From Bacteroidota bacterium (GTDB lineage: Bacteria > Bacteroidota > Ignavibacteria > UBA10030): DNA of 35,999 bases. The notes under the pieces are model-generated. The model saw nothing but the letters and a program-made list of their open reading frames with translations. It had not been told where the DNA came from and did not search any database. The DNA is taken from positions 11,054 through 47,052 of the forward strand of contig DOWV01000400.1 of assembly GCA_003519375.1 (NCBI GenBank). Direction: 5' to 3'. Made by a program: the position numbers and the translations under genes. Positions 19,199-27,928 of the stretch are shown in pieces (the first letter of the stretch is position 1; every line of letters begins with the position of its first letter).

Positions 19199-20048
19199 AC
19201 TATCATCAGATCGAACCGAAGTGGCGGCAAGCCCCATGCTTCCCCGTCCCTTCGTCATCAAGAAGGTCCGGCGGGAAACGGAGGACACCTTCACGGTTGA
19301 GCTCGATCCCCGCGAAGGTCGATCCCGTTTCGAGTTTCTTCCCGGACAATTCAACATGCTCTATGTGTACGGTGTCGGTGAAGTCCCGATCTCGATAAGC
19401 GGCGACCCCGCCGGTTCCACGCTCGTGCACACGACGCGGGCCGTCGGCGCTGTCACGAAAGCCATGGCCGAACTCCGCCGCGGAGATGTCATCGGCATTC
19501 GCGGGCCTTTCGGAACGTCCTGGCCTGTGGCTGAAGCCCGAAACAAGGATGTCGTTTTCGTCGCAGGGGGAATCGGACTTCCTCCGCTTCGGCCTGCCCT
19601 CTGCGAGATTTTGTCACATCGGGAGAGCTACGGCAAAGTGGTGCTTCTCTACGGAACGCGAACCCCCTCGGACATCCTTTTCAAGGATGAACTGGAGCAA
19701 TGGCGTGCGCGCTTCGACCTCGAGGTGTTTATTACCGTCGATCGCGCTTCTGCGGGGTGGAGGGGAAACGTGGGGGTCGTCACGACGCTTATCCAAAAGG
19801 CGGGTTTCGATTCGCGCAATACGCTTGCGATGATTGTCGGCCCGGAAGTCATGATGCGATTTACGACGATCGAGTTCATCAAGCGAGGGGTCAATCCCGA
19901 TTCCATCTACCTCTCGATGGAGCGTAACATGAAATGCGGCATCGGCCTGTGCGGCCATTGCCAATTCGGACCTGTCTTCATCTGCAAAGACGGACCCGTG
20001 TTCCGCTATCCACAGATCAAGGACCTGATGGTAAAGTGGGAGATCTAG
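19182..20048 (+). CDS. Group 3b hydrogenase gamma subunit (HydG/AsrB-like FAD/NAD(P)-binding, 2Fe-2S)
   Basis: Has the FAD-barrel start [21 protein letters not shown], the NAD(P) motif [12 protein letters not shown] and the C-terminal cluster [10 protein letters not shown]. The true start may be ATG 19236. Confidence 0.85.
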   Translation: MASVLELSSDRTEVAASPMLPRPFVIKKVRRETEDTFTVELDPREGRSRFEFLPGQFNMLYVYGVGEVPISISGDPAGSTLVHTTRAVGAVTKAMAELRRGDVIGIRGPFGTSWPVAEARNKDVVFVAGGIGLPPLRPALCEILSHRESYGKVVLLYGTRTPSDILFKDELEQWRARFDLEVFITVDRASAGWRGNVGVVTTLIQKAGFDSRNTLAMIVGPEVMMRFTTIEFIKRGVNPDSIYLSMERNMKCGIGLCGHCQFGPVFICKDGPVFRYPQIKDLMVKWEI

Positions 20049-20115
20049 ACGGCATCGGGGGGGTAAGCGCTTACGATGTCATGACACTAATGTTCAGAAA
20101 ATGTTCTGATCGAGT

Positions 20116-20895
20116 ATGAAGAAAAAACGCAAACCTAAACTTGCAGTGTGGAAGTTCTCTTCCTGCGACGGGTGTCAGTTGACCCTGTTGGATTGTGAAG
20201 ACGAGCTCCTGGCCGTAGCTGAAAATATTGAGATTGCCAATTTCCCCGAAGCTTCGCGGCATGTTGTGAAGGGCCCGTATGACCTGTCGCTTGTCGAAGG
20301 CTCCATCACGACACCCCATGACGCCGAACGGATTCACCAGGTCCGGCGCTCCTCCAAGGTGCTGATCTCCATTGGTGCCTGCGCGACGGCGGGCGGCATC
20401 CAGGCGTTGCGCAATTTCAAGGACGTCCGGGAGTTCACCTCGATTGTCTATGCAACACCGTCGTATATTGAGACGCTCAACAAATCGACCTCCATCGCAG
20501 ACCACGTGTTCGTAGACTTCGAACTCCGTGGCTGTCCCATCAGCAAGCATCAGCTCGTTGAGGTGCTGAGTGCCTATCTGAACGGCCGGAAGCCCGCGAC
20601 ACCCACGTACAGCGTGTGCGTGGAGTGCAAGCGGCGAGGCACGGTCTGTGGTCTGGTAACACACGGTCCGCCGTGTCTTGGACCTGTGACGCAGGCGGGA
20701 TGTAACGCCCTGTGTCCTTCGTATCATCGTGGGTGTTACGGGTGCTTCGGGCCGAAAGAGACTCCGAACACGACGTCCCTCTCGGCGTACTGGATGAGTC
20801 TCGGGATGAAGAATCCTGATCTTCTCCGCCTCTTCAGAAGCTACAACGCGTACGCTGAACCGTTCCGTAAAGAAAGTGAAGCCCATGAAAAGTAG
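20116..20895 (+). CDS. Group 3b hydrogenase delta (small) subunit
   Basis: [30 protein letters not shown] and several further Cys clusters are typical of NuoB-like small subunits of cytosolic hydrogenases. Confidence 0.88.
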   Translation: MKKKRKPKLAVWKFSSCDGCQLTLLDCEDELLAVAENIEIANFPEASRHVVKGPYDLSLVEGSITTPHDAERIHQVRRSSKVLISIGACATAGGIQALRNFKDVREFTSIVYATPSYIETLNKSTSIADHVFVDFELRGCPISKHQLVEVLSAYLNGRKPATPTYSVCVECKRRGTVCGLVTHGPPCLGPVTQAGCNALCPSYHRGCYGCFGPKETPNTTSLSAYWMSLGMKNPDLLRLFRSYNAYAEPFRKESEAHEK

Positions 20896-22168
20896 GTCCA
20901 TCAAGGTTGACTACCTCGCCCGCGTTGAAGGCGAGGGAGGCATCCGGATAAAAATTCACGATAAGACCGTATCAGAAGTTCAGTTCGACATCTTCGAGCC
21001 TCCCCGGTTCTTCGAGGCATTCCTCCGCGGCCGCCATTTCACGGAGGCTCCGGATATTACCGCCCGCATTTGCGGAATCTGTCCCATCGCGTATCAGATG
21101 AGTTCCGTCCACGCCATGGAATCGGCCTGCGGTGTGTCGGTCACCGGGCAGCTCCGCGCCCTGCGCCGGCTGATCTACTGCGGTGAATGGATTGAGAGTC
21201 ATGCTCTCCATATCTACATGCTGCACGCGCCGGATTTCCTGGGATATCAGGATGTTCTCGAGATGGCACGCGATCACGGTGACGCGGTCAAACAGGCGCT
21301 AAAGCTGAAGAAGATCGGCAACGAACTCGTGACGCTCGTCGGCGGTCGCGAAATACACCCGATCAACGTTCGTCTTGGCGGATTCTACAAATTGCCGACC
21401 AGGAAAGAACTCCTGGAGCTTGTTGACCGGCTGAAATGGGCGCGTGATGCCGCGTTGGAAACTGTGAAGCTGACAGCGACGTTCCCATTTCCGGATTTCG
21501 AGCGGGAGTATGAATTCGTGGCGCTGCGACATGAGGAGGAATACCCGTTCAATGAAGGGAAGCTCGTTTCCAACCGGGGACTTGATATTCCAATCTCGGA
21601 ATACGAGAACCACTTCGCCGAAGAGCATGTATCGCATTCGAACGCATTGCACTCGGTGATGAAAAGCCGCGGCGCTTACCTCGTGGGACCGCTTGCCCGG
21701 TTCAACCTCAATTTCGACAAGCTGACGCCGGCAGCGCAGCAGGCTTCCCGTGATGTCGGACTAGTTCCGCCTGTGAAGAATCAGTTCAAAAGTATCATCG
21801 TCCGCAGCGTCGAGACCGTCTTCGCTTGCGAAGAGGCTTTGCGGATCATTCAGGAGTATGAGACGCCTGAGAAACCGGCCATCGATGTGCCGCCGAGACC
21901 CGGCGTCGGATACGGGTGCACGGAGGCACCACGCGGCTTCTTGTACCATCGCTACAGGATCAATGACAAAGGGTTGATTGTGGAGGCGAAGATTGTACCG
22001 CCCACATCCCAGAATCAGAAGAGCATGGAGCTTGACTTGAGGGACTTCGTCCCCGCCCGGCTCAACCTGACGCAGGAGAAGCTCACATGGCAGTGCGAGC
22101 AGGCGATCCGCAACTACGACCCATGTATTTCCTGTGCGACGCATTTTATCCGGCTCGAATTCCAGTAG
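20885..22168 (+). CDS. Group 3b [NiFe]-hydrogenase alpha (large, catalytic) subunit
   Basis: The N-terminus [19 protein letters not shown] and the L1 motif [10 protein letters not shown] (21065-21094) resemble P. furiosus HydA as I recall it; the C-terminal L2 motif is [12 protein letters not shown] 20885 is preferred to GTG 20876. The gene overlaps the small-subunit gene. Confidence 0.9.
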   Translation: MKSRSIKVDYLARVEGEGGIRIKIHDKTVSEVQFDIFEPPRFFEAFLRGRHFTEAPDITARICGICPIAYQMSSVHAMESACGVSVTGQLRALRRLIYCGEWIESHALHIYMLHAPDFLGYQDVLEMARDHGDAVKQALKLKKIGNELVTLVGGREIHPINVRLGGFYKLPTRKELLELVDRLKWARDAALETVKLTATFPFPDFEREYEFVALRHEEEYPFNEGKLVSNRGLDIPISEYENHFAEEHVSHSNALHSVMKSRGAYLVGPLARFNLNFDKLTPAAQQASRDVGLVPPVKNQFKSIIVRSVETVFACEEALRIIQEYETPEKPAIDVPPRPGVGYGCTEAPRGFLYHRYRINDKGLIVEAKIVPPTSQNQKSMELDLRDFVPARLNLTQEKLTWQCEQAIRNYDPCISCATHFIRLEFQ

Positions 22169-22252
22169 CAGCCAATATCTCGATCTGCCGTACGAAGTGT
22201 GCGGGAGGGGGAAACCTTTCAGGAGCTTCTTTTCAACGCCAAGGAGGCTTTC

Positions 22253-22753
22253 ATGGCAAAGCTGACGGATCTTCTCCGCTATTTGAACAGCAACAATATC
22301 GAATTTCAGGTTCTCGAACACGATCCCGCATTTTCTGCCCACGAAGTTGCAGCCCGCACCAAAGTCCCGGAGAGCGAGATGGCGAAGGCGATCCTCATCA
22401 GGATCGAAGGCCGCTACTGGATGGCTGTGCTGCGGGCTGATCAGAGGATTCATCAGCCGCTTCTCAAGAGGACGTTCGCTGCGAAAAACGTACACATCGC
22501 CCATGAGGAAGACCTGGGCCTTCTGTTCCCTGATTGTCAGCTCGGCGCTATGCCGCCCTTCGGAAATCTCTACGGGCTCCCCGTTCTTGTGGAGGACGGG
22601 CTTGCGGGGGACGAGGAAATCGTTTTCAACGCCTGCACGCACACCAAGGCGATCCGGATGAAATTCAAAGACTTCCGCCGTTTAGCGAAGCCGGTCATTG
22701 CTGCGTTTGCAGAGCCTAGGAGCGTGATGGCAATCCGCGAGCTCCAGGACTGA
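22253..22753 (+). CDS. YbaK/ProX-type aminoacyl-tRNA deacylase-fold (tRNA_edit) protein
   Basis: Strong AAGGAGG RBS at 22241-22247 and ATG 22253. The 166-aa product has the layout ..FQVLEHDPAFSAHEVA..AKAILIR..GAMPPFGNLYGLPVLVED..IVFNACTH, typical of YbaK/EbsC domains. Confidence 0.7.
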   Translation: MAKLTDLLRYLNSNNIEFQVLEHDPAFSAHEVAARTKVPESEMAKAILIRIEGRYWMAVLRADQRIHQPLLKRTFAAKNVHIAHEEDLGLLFPDCQLGAMPPFGNLYGLPVLVEDGLAGDEEIVFNACTHTKAIRMKFKDFRRLAKPVIAAFAEPRSVMAIRELQD

Positions 22754-22796
22754 CCAGCTCCGGAGTCCGGAAAGATTCCGAAGGAGAGCCGGCCTG

Positions 22797-23321
22797 ATGG
22801 CCAACCGATCTGCAGAAGGAAAGCCGAAGACCTTGGTCGTTGGATTGGGCAACGATTTCCGCAACGATGACGGCGTGGGGCTGGCGGTGCTGCGAATGCT
22901 TGGAAGCCGCAACATCTCCGGCGTGCAACTCGTCGAGCTTCGCGATGATCTTACGCAGCTCCTCGATCATCTTCAGGACGTCGCCACCGCGTACATCGTC
23001 GATGCCGTTCAGTCTGGTTCCACACCGGGCACCATCCATCGCATCGAGGCGAAAGGCGAGTATTTCTCTCCGGCAGGCCTCCCCCGATCCACACACGGAT
23101 TGTCTCTTCGTAATCTGCTGGAACTGGCACGCCTTCAAGGAGGGCTGCCGAAGAAGCTGGTTATCTATGGTGTCGAAGGCGAACGGTTCGACTATGGTAA
23201 TACGATGACTCCCGCAGTCAACGACGCAATTCCCGGAGTCGTGGAGAGCATCTGCGCTGAGTTGGAACGCGATCTGACCTGGAGGAGCGGCGATTCCACG
23301 CGAAAACGATCGCCCGCCTGA
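22797..23321 (+). CDS. [NiFe]-hydrogenase maturation endopeptidase (HycI/HoxW/HybD family)
   Basis: AAGGAG at 22781-22786. Contains TLVVGLGNDFRNDDGVGL, ..IVDAV.. and ..STHGLSL (the conserved Asp/Asp/His metal ligands of the family). Confidence 0.88.
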   Translation: MANRSAEGKPKTLVVGLGNDFRNDDGVGLAVLRMLGSRNISGVQLVELRDDLTQLLDHLQDVATAYIVDAVQSGSTPGTIHRIEAKGEYFSPAGLPRSTHGLSLRNLLELARLQGGLPKKLVIYGVEGERFDYGNTMTPAVNDAIPGVVESICAELERDLTWRSGDSTRKRSPA

Positions 23322-23335
23322 ATGTCCGGATCTGA

Positions 23336-24166
23336 ATGGAGCGAACAATGACGAATACCAAACGATTCGATCGTGCAATCCTCGGTTCGACAAACATGAG
23401 TGTGTGCCGCCTGGGATTGAGCGCTTCCTACCGTCCCGGCGACCGTGCGATCCGATATGCAATCGGGCAGGGAGTTGACTATTTCTTCGGCTACGGGTTC
23501 GACACACAGCTCGTCAGGGTTTTGAGGGAAGAGTTCGGCACCAGACGGGAGAAGTACATTCTTGCCACGGGAGCATACAATCTTATCATCGGATATCCGA
23601 ATCTTCGCCGCACGCTCGAGAAGCGCCTGCGTCAGTTCAGAACCGATTATATCGATGTGTTCCAGTTCTTGGGAGTGATGAAGGAGAAGGAGATGCCGCC
23701 GAAGGTGGTGGAGGAGCTCGTGCGATTTCGTGAAGAAGGGAAAGTCCGCGCCATCGGGTTGTCGTGCCACGATAGAAACCTTGTCGGGAGGCTGGCCGCA
23801 GACGGCGTCATGGATGTAGTGATGATGCGCTACAACGCAGCGCACCGGGGGGCGGAGCGGGACATCTTCCCGCATCTGGAGAAGCACAATCCCGGAGTTG
23901 TTTCCTATACTGCCACCCGCTGGACCGCCCTGACCCGACGCCCGAAAGGGTGGCCCAAAGGGGCAATGATCCCGAACGCCGGGATGTGTTATCGTTTTGT
24001 GCTGTCGAATCCCCACGTCCACGTTTGTCTGACCGCTCCATCCAATCAACGGCAGCTTGAGGAAAACCTGACAGCCTTGCAGCAGGGTCCGCTCAACGAA
24101 GAAGAAACGCACTTCATGCAAGAGTTTGGCGACGCGGTCTATGCCCGCCACAAGTATTTCATGTGA
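23336..24166 (+). CDS. Aldo/keto reductase family oxidoreductase
   Basis: TDYIDVFQFLGV, KVRAIGLSCHD and NAAHRGAERDIFP fit the AKR pattern. It starts 14 bp after the protease gene. The alternative ATG at 23348 has a better GGAG spacing. Confidence 0.75.
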   Translation: MERTMTNTKRFDRAILGSTNMSVCRLGLSASYRPGDRAIRYAIGQGVDYFFGYGFDTQLVRVLREEFGTRREKYILATGAYNLIIGYPNLRRTLEKRLRQFRTDYIDVFQFLGVMKEKEMPPKVVEELVRFREEGKVRAIGLSCHDRNLVGRLAADGVMDVVMMRYNAAHRGAERDIFPHLEKHNPGVVSYTATRWTALTRRPKGWPKGAMIPNAGMCYRFVLSNPHVHVCLTAPSNQRQLEENLTALQQGPLNEEETHFMQEFGDAVYARHKYFM

Positions 24167-24308
24167 TCTCCCCGGGCTGTCCGCCGAAACTGTCCGACGA
24201 GTCCATCGTAGTATACCGAGAACGACCGGTAACAGGCGGACAAATCCCCGGTCCTGACCTTTGCTACCGTCCATTCTGTTCCGAGAATATCCCAACAGAA
24301 CCGTATTG

Positions 24309-26825
24309 ATGAAAACCGCTCTCGTCTTGGTGCTTCTGGTCCTGGCCGTGCCGGCTCTTGGGCAGGCATTCAAAGGTGATATCGCCGGCAAGGTCCTTGA
24401 CTCGAAGACCCTTGAGCCGATTCCGTCGGTGAATGTCGTCGTTCGGCAAAAGCCGGGCATCGGAGGAGCGACCGACGTGAATGGCAACTTTCGTATCAGA
24501 GGCCTGGAAGTCGGGACGTACAGCCTTGAGATTTCTGCGGTAGGATACTCTCTGCAAGTTGTCACGAACGTTGTCGTCTCTACGGGAAGGGCCGTCTCGC
24601 TGACCGTCAAGCTCGACGAAACGGCGATCGAGATGCAGGGGGTAATGGTGCAGGCAAATTACTTCAGCCGGGGCCAGCAGATGTCCCCGATCAGCTCAAA
24701 TTCGTTCGACCGATCTGAAGTCCTGCGCTCTCCCGGCGGGGTTCAGGATGTGCAGCGCGTCGCTCAGAACCTTCCGGGGGTAGCGAGTTCGACGGATAAC
24801 ATCAACGAGCTCATCGTACGGGGCGGCGCTCCCTTCGAGAATCTCACCATCCTCGACAACATGGAGATTCCCTCCATCAATCACTATTCGAATCAATTCA
24901 ATTCGGCTGGACCGATAAACATGGTCAACGCCGACATGGTCGAGGATGTGCAGTTCTCGTCCGGAGGTTTCCCCGCACAATACGGTGACAAGACTTCGTC
25001 GGTGATGAGTGTGACGGTTCGGGAAGGAGATCGAACGAAGCCGATTGCCTCGAAAACCGCTTTCAACATGGCGGGGATCGGTACGCTCATCGAAGGAGGG
25101 TTTGCCGCCGGCAGGGGGTCGTACATCGTTTCAGCCAGAAACAGCCTTCTCGAGTTTCTTGATCGGATCGTCGGCGTCTCTGCTCTTTCGCTCACTGCAA
25201 TTCCAAAATACTGGGACACTCAGGCGAAAGTCGTCTACGACCTTTCACCGACACACAAACTGAGTCTCAACGTGCTCTATGGCGACAGTCGTATCAACCT
25301 GGCGGGCGATCCGAAAGAAACCGACGACCTGCGTAAGAACATGATAGATTCGTCGAGCGTCGGAAGCCTTTATCCGGTGACCAGGCAGTACACGGCAGGA
25401 ATGAACCTCCGCAGCCTCCTTGGCAGGAACGGGTACTCGATTCTGACGCTTTATACTTCAGGAACAACAACCGACATCGATGTGCGTGAGGAATTCGCCG
25501 TCCGCCAACGCGGCTCGAAGGGGGAAGTGCTTTCATCGAACATCATCAATACGGGCAATTCATACAGCAACCATGCAGCCGAGTCATTCGCCGGATTGAA
25601 GTACGACCTGTTCTATCGTCTCCATCCCCGTCACGAGGTCTCAGTCGGAGCGCAGATAAGCACTGCAACGCTCTGGAGGAATGATGTCTATGTCGCGCCT
25701 GACTCGACGCGCTATGATCTTGACCGCGACGGTTTGTATGAAACCGGACCTGTCGTTGATCCCGGGTGGATCTATCACGACCGTCAGGGATTTGGCGACG
25801 TCAGTAAATACTATTTCTACGCGAGCGACCGAATGGAGGTGACACCGCGCTTCTCTCTCATGCTCGGATTGCGGTATGACCACTTCACATATTCAGGCCA
25901 GGGATCTTTCTCTCCGAGGATGAGCCTTAAGTATCAGATCGTGCCTGCGCTGACGAGTGTGACGTTTTCGCTCGGACGATACTATCAAACGCACCCCTTT
26001 CCGTTCTATGGAGACGGCCGCCAGATCGGATACAACAAGAACTTGGCGAACATGCTCGCCGATCATTATGTCCTGGGATTCGAACACATCCTCGACCGCG
26101 GGCTCAAACTCAGCATTGAAGGATACTACAAAAAGTATCGGCAGCTCGCTGTATCGGAGGATTTCATCTATTCATCACTCGCCACGTTTTGGTCAGATCG
26201 CTATCGGCCGATAGGCGAGCGTACTTCTTATGGGCTCGAGTTCTTCCTCGAACAAAAACAGGTAGAGGACTATTTCGGGACGCTGAGTATATCGCTCTCG
26301 CGCTCCCGCGAAACGGACCCGCGGATTCCCCGGATTCGAACAGACTACTCGTCGGAGTACGACTACCCTGTGATTCTCACTGCATTGGCAGGAAAAGTCG
26401 TTCAAGGCGTACGTAGATGGCTCAACCGGGCGCCCTTCTACATTAGATATCCCTCTTATGCCCTTCCGCTCTCTGATGAAATGGAAATAAGTTTCAAATA
26501 TCGATATCAGAGCGGCCGACCCTATACACCTATGGAATACGTGACCTGGAAACAGAGCCGTGAAGGGGGAGTCAAGTGGTCCCGGGGAGCCTGGGTCACC
26601 ACCGGGGATCAAAACGGCGCCCGGTACCCCGGCTACACCAGGCTCGATCTTCAATGGCTGAGCCGGTTCTACCTCAATCGGTGGAACATTAATCTCTACG
26701 TAGCCCTTATGAACGTCTTTAATAGCAAGAACGTCTACTACGAAAGCCACCGCAGCGACGGGACGGTCGAAACAGTCTATCAGTTTACCTTCTTTCCGGT
26801 CGTTGGCGCCGAGGTGGAGTTCTGA
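24309..26825 (+). CDS. TonB-dependent outer-membrane receptor with N-terminal CarboxypepD_reg-like domain
   Basis: Signal peptide MKTALVLVLLVLAVPALGQAF. Also GKVLDSKTLEPIPSVNVVV..TDVNGNFRI..LEVGTYSLEISAVGYS, a plug region (..LRSPGGVQDVQRVAQNLPGV..IVRGG) and a C-terminal aromatic residue (..VGAEVEF). Confidence 0.85.
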   Translation: MKTALVLVLLVLAVPALGQAFKGDIAGKVLDSKTLEPIPSVNVVVRQKPGIGGATDVNGNFRIRGLEVGTYSLEISAVGYSLQVVTNVVVSTGRAVSLTVKLDETAIEMQGVMVQANYFSRGQQMSPISSNSFDRSEVLRSPGGVQDVQRVAQNLPGVASSTDNINELIVRGGAPFENLTILDNMEIPSINHYSNQFNSAGPINMVNADMVEDVQFSSGGFPAQYGDKTSSVMSVTVREGDRTKPIASKTAFNMAGIGTLIEGGFAAGRGSYIVSARNSLLEFLDRIVGVSALSLTAIPKYWDTQAKVVYDLSPTHKLSLNVLYGDSRINLAGDPKETDDLRKNMIDSSSVGSLYPVTRQYTAGMNLRSLLGRNGYSILTLYTSGTTTDIDVREEFAVRQRGSKGEVLSSNIINTGNSYSNHAAESFAGLKYDLFYRLHPRHEVSVGAQISTATLWRNDVYVAPDSTRYDLDRDGLYETGPVVDPGWIYHDRQGFGDVSKYYFYASDRMEVTPRFSLMLGLRYDHFTYSGQGSFSPRMSLKYQIVPALTSVTFSLGRYYQTHPFPFYGDGRQIGYNKNLANMLADHYVLGFEHILDRGLKLSIEGYYKKYRQLAVSEDFIYSSLATFWSDRYRPIGERTSYGLEFFLEQKQVEDYFGTLSISLSRSRETDPRIPRIRTDYSSEYDYPVILTALAGKVVQGVRRWLNRAPFYIRYPSYALPLSDEMEISFKYRYQSGRPYTPMEYVTWKQSREGGVKWSRGAWVTTGDQNGARYPGYTRLDLQWLSRFYLNRWNINLYVALMNVFNSKNVYYESHRSDGTVETVYQFTFFPVVGAEVEF

Positions 26826-26952
26826 GCAGAGCAGGCTCCTACAGCTTTCCCCATCAGGTACCTCCCGATATCCTGCTGCACTGTAGCATTCCCTTGAATA
26901 TGTGACGGAGAATCGCCATTCTTCCACCCATAGCTTTTTCAATAATCCCAAC

Positions 26953-27345
26953 ATGGACGAGGATGAGGGAATGGGAACACGCCTGGATGATTTTCGAGCG
27001 CACAGGGAGAGGATGAATAAGAGAATTCTCGAGATTGACCATCTCGGGATCAAGCGATTCTTCAATCTCGACACGGCGGCGTACCGCGAAGGGGCGCTCG
27101 ACGGCAAAACGAAGGAACTGCTTGGCCTTGTCGCCTCCACGGTGCTCCGCTGCAATGACTGTATCGACTACCACTTGCAACAATGTGTGGAATCGGGATG
27201 GAAGGACGAAGAACTGTACGATGCGCTGAATGTAGGTCTTGTCGTCGGAGGGAGTATTGTCATACCGCATCTGCGGCATGCTGTCGAGACAATCGATTTC
27301 GTCCGTGCCGAACAAGCCGGATCCAAATCAGAAAAAGGGGGGTAG
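26953..27345 (+). CDS. Carboxymuconolactone decarboxylase / AhpD-like family protein
   Basis: KELLGLVASTVLRCNDCIDYHLQQC is the CxxC-containing AhpD-core motif. The start is uncertain (ATG 26953 or 26971; the ORF track uses GTG 26902). Confidence 0.75.
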   Translation: MDEDEGMGTRLDDFRAHRERMNKRILEIDHLGIKRFFNLDTAAYREGALDGKTKELLGLVASTVLRCNDCIDYHLQQCVESGWKDEELYDALNVGLVVGGSIVIPHLRHAVETIDFVRAEQAGSKSEKGG

Positions 27346-27364
27346 GGGGTCGGTTGAAAGTGAA

Positions 27365-27402
27365 CGGGTGGATGTCTGCGATTCAGCCTGCGGACACCCA
27401 CC
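27365..27402. terminator. Hairpin between convergent genes (possible bidirectional terminator)
   Basis: GGGTGGATGTCTGCG ... TGCGGACACCCACCC. The imperfect inverted repeat has arms of about 13-15 nt and a loop ATTCAGCC. It lies between the CMD-family stop (27345) and the response-regulator stop (27416). Confidence 0.4.
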
Positions 27403-27415
27403 CGTCGTGTTATGG

Positions 27416-27895
27416 TCAGGCCGCGAGCGGTTCGACGACAACTGCTGTGAGTTCGGTCGGCGTGAACGGCTTGGGCAGGAAGTTGAACGCCCCAAGCTTG
27501 GTCGCTTCAATCGCTGTCTCGATAGTGCCGTGCCCGGTTACCATGATGACCGGGATGTCGGGCCACTGGGTTCGGATCGATTTCAGGACCTCCATGCCGC
27601 TGCGTTTGGGCATTCTGAGATCGAGGAGGACGAGATCGTAATTGCGGAGCTTCATTTTCTGCAGCGCAGCATCGACGTCGAAAGCTTCTTCTTCGGAAAG
27701 ATTGAATGGAAGGTCGACGTCGATAACGTCACTTGACAACCGCCGGACTGCCGCTCCGCTCTTCGCACGGGCCTTTTCCTTTTTCACGATGGGGCACTCG
27801 CCTGCACATTCTTTACCCTCCAATCCCAGCTTGCGGCATTCACGTTGTCCAAGGAAGCAATATGCCTTTTGAGCGACTTTTTTCGCAAGCGGCAT
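27416..27895 (-). CDS. Single-domain response regulator (CheY-like receiver) with non-canonical, Cys-containing N-terminal region
   Basis: The C-terminal ~90 aa is a clear receiver: YDLVLLDLRMPKRSGMEVL (acceptor Asp), PVIMVTGHG (Thr), FLPKPF (Lys). I prefer the start at ATG 27895 (MPLAKKVAQK...). The ORF-track start at 28321 is antisense shadow of the hydrogenase remnant. The N-terminal boundary is uncertain. Confidence 0.65.
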   Translation of the reverse strand: MPLAKKVAQKAYCFLGQRECRKLGLEGKECAGECPIVKKEKARAKSGAAVRRLSSDVIDVDLPFNLSEEEAFDVDAALQKMKLRNYDLVLLDLRMPKRSGMEVLKSIRTQWPDIPVIMVTGHGTIETAIEATKLGAFNFLPKPFTPTELTAVVVEPLAA

Positions 27896-27928
27896 ATCCG
27901 AACGGGTCAGTGCCTCGACGTACTCCTG

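Noticed and set aside
21065-21094. L1 nickel-binding motif of the group 3b large subunit reads [10 protein letters not shown], with Tyr where many [NiFe] enzymes have His after the CxxC
   Set aside because: I have a vague recollection that CGICP[IV]AYQ is common in bacterial group 3b sequences, so it is probably lineage-typical rather than an anomaly. It cannot be verified without a database alignment.
23192-24610. 472-aa minus-strand ORF spanning the protease 3' end, the whole aldo/keto reductase gene, an intergenic gap and the TonB-receptor 5' end
   Set aside because: It is exactly antisense and in codon phase with well-supported plus-strand genes. Its composition is Arg/Ser/Pro/His-rich with no recognisable motifs. 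Similar antisense shadow ORFs occur all over this GC-rich window (for example 20071-20904, 21761-22642, 22716-23507, 26193-27155, 33955-34635).
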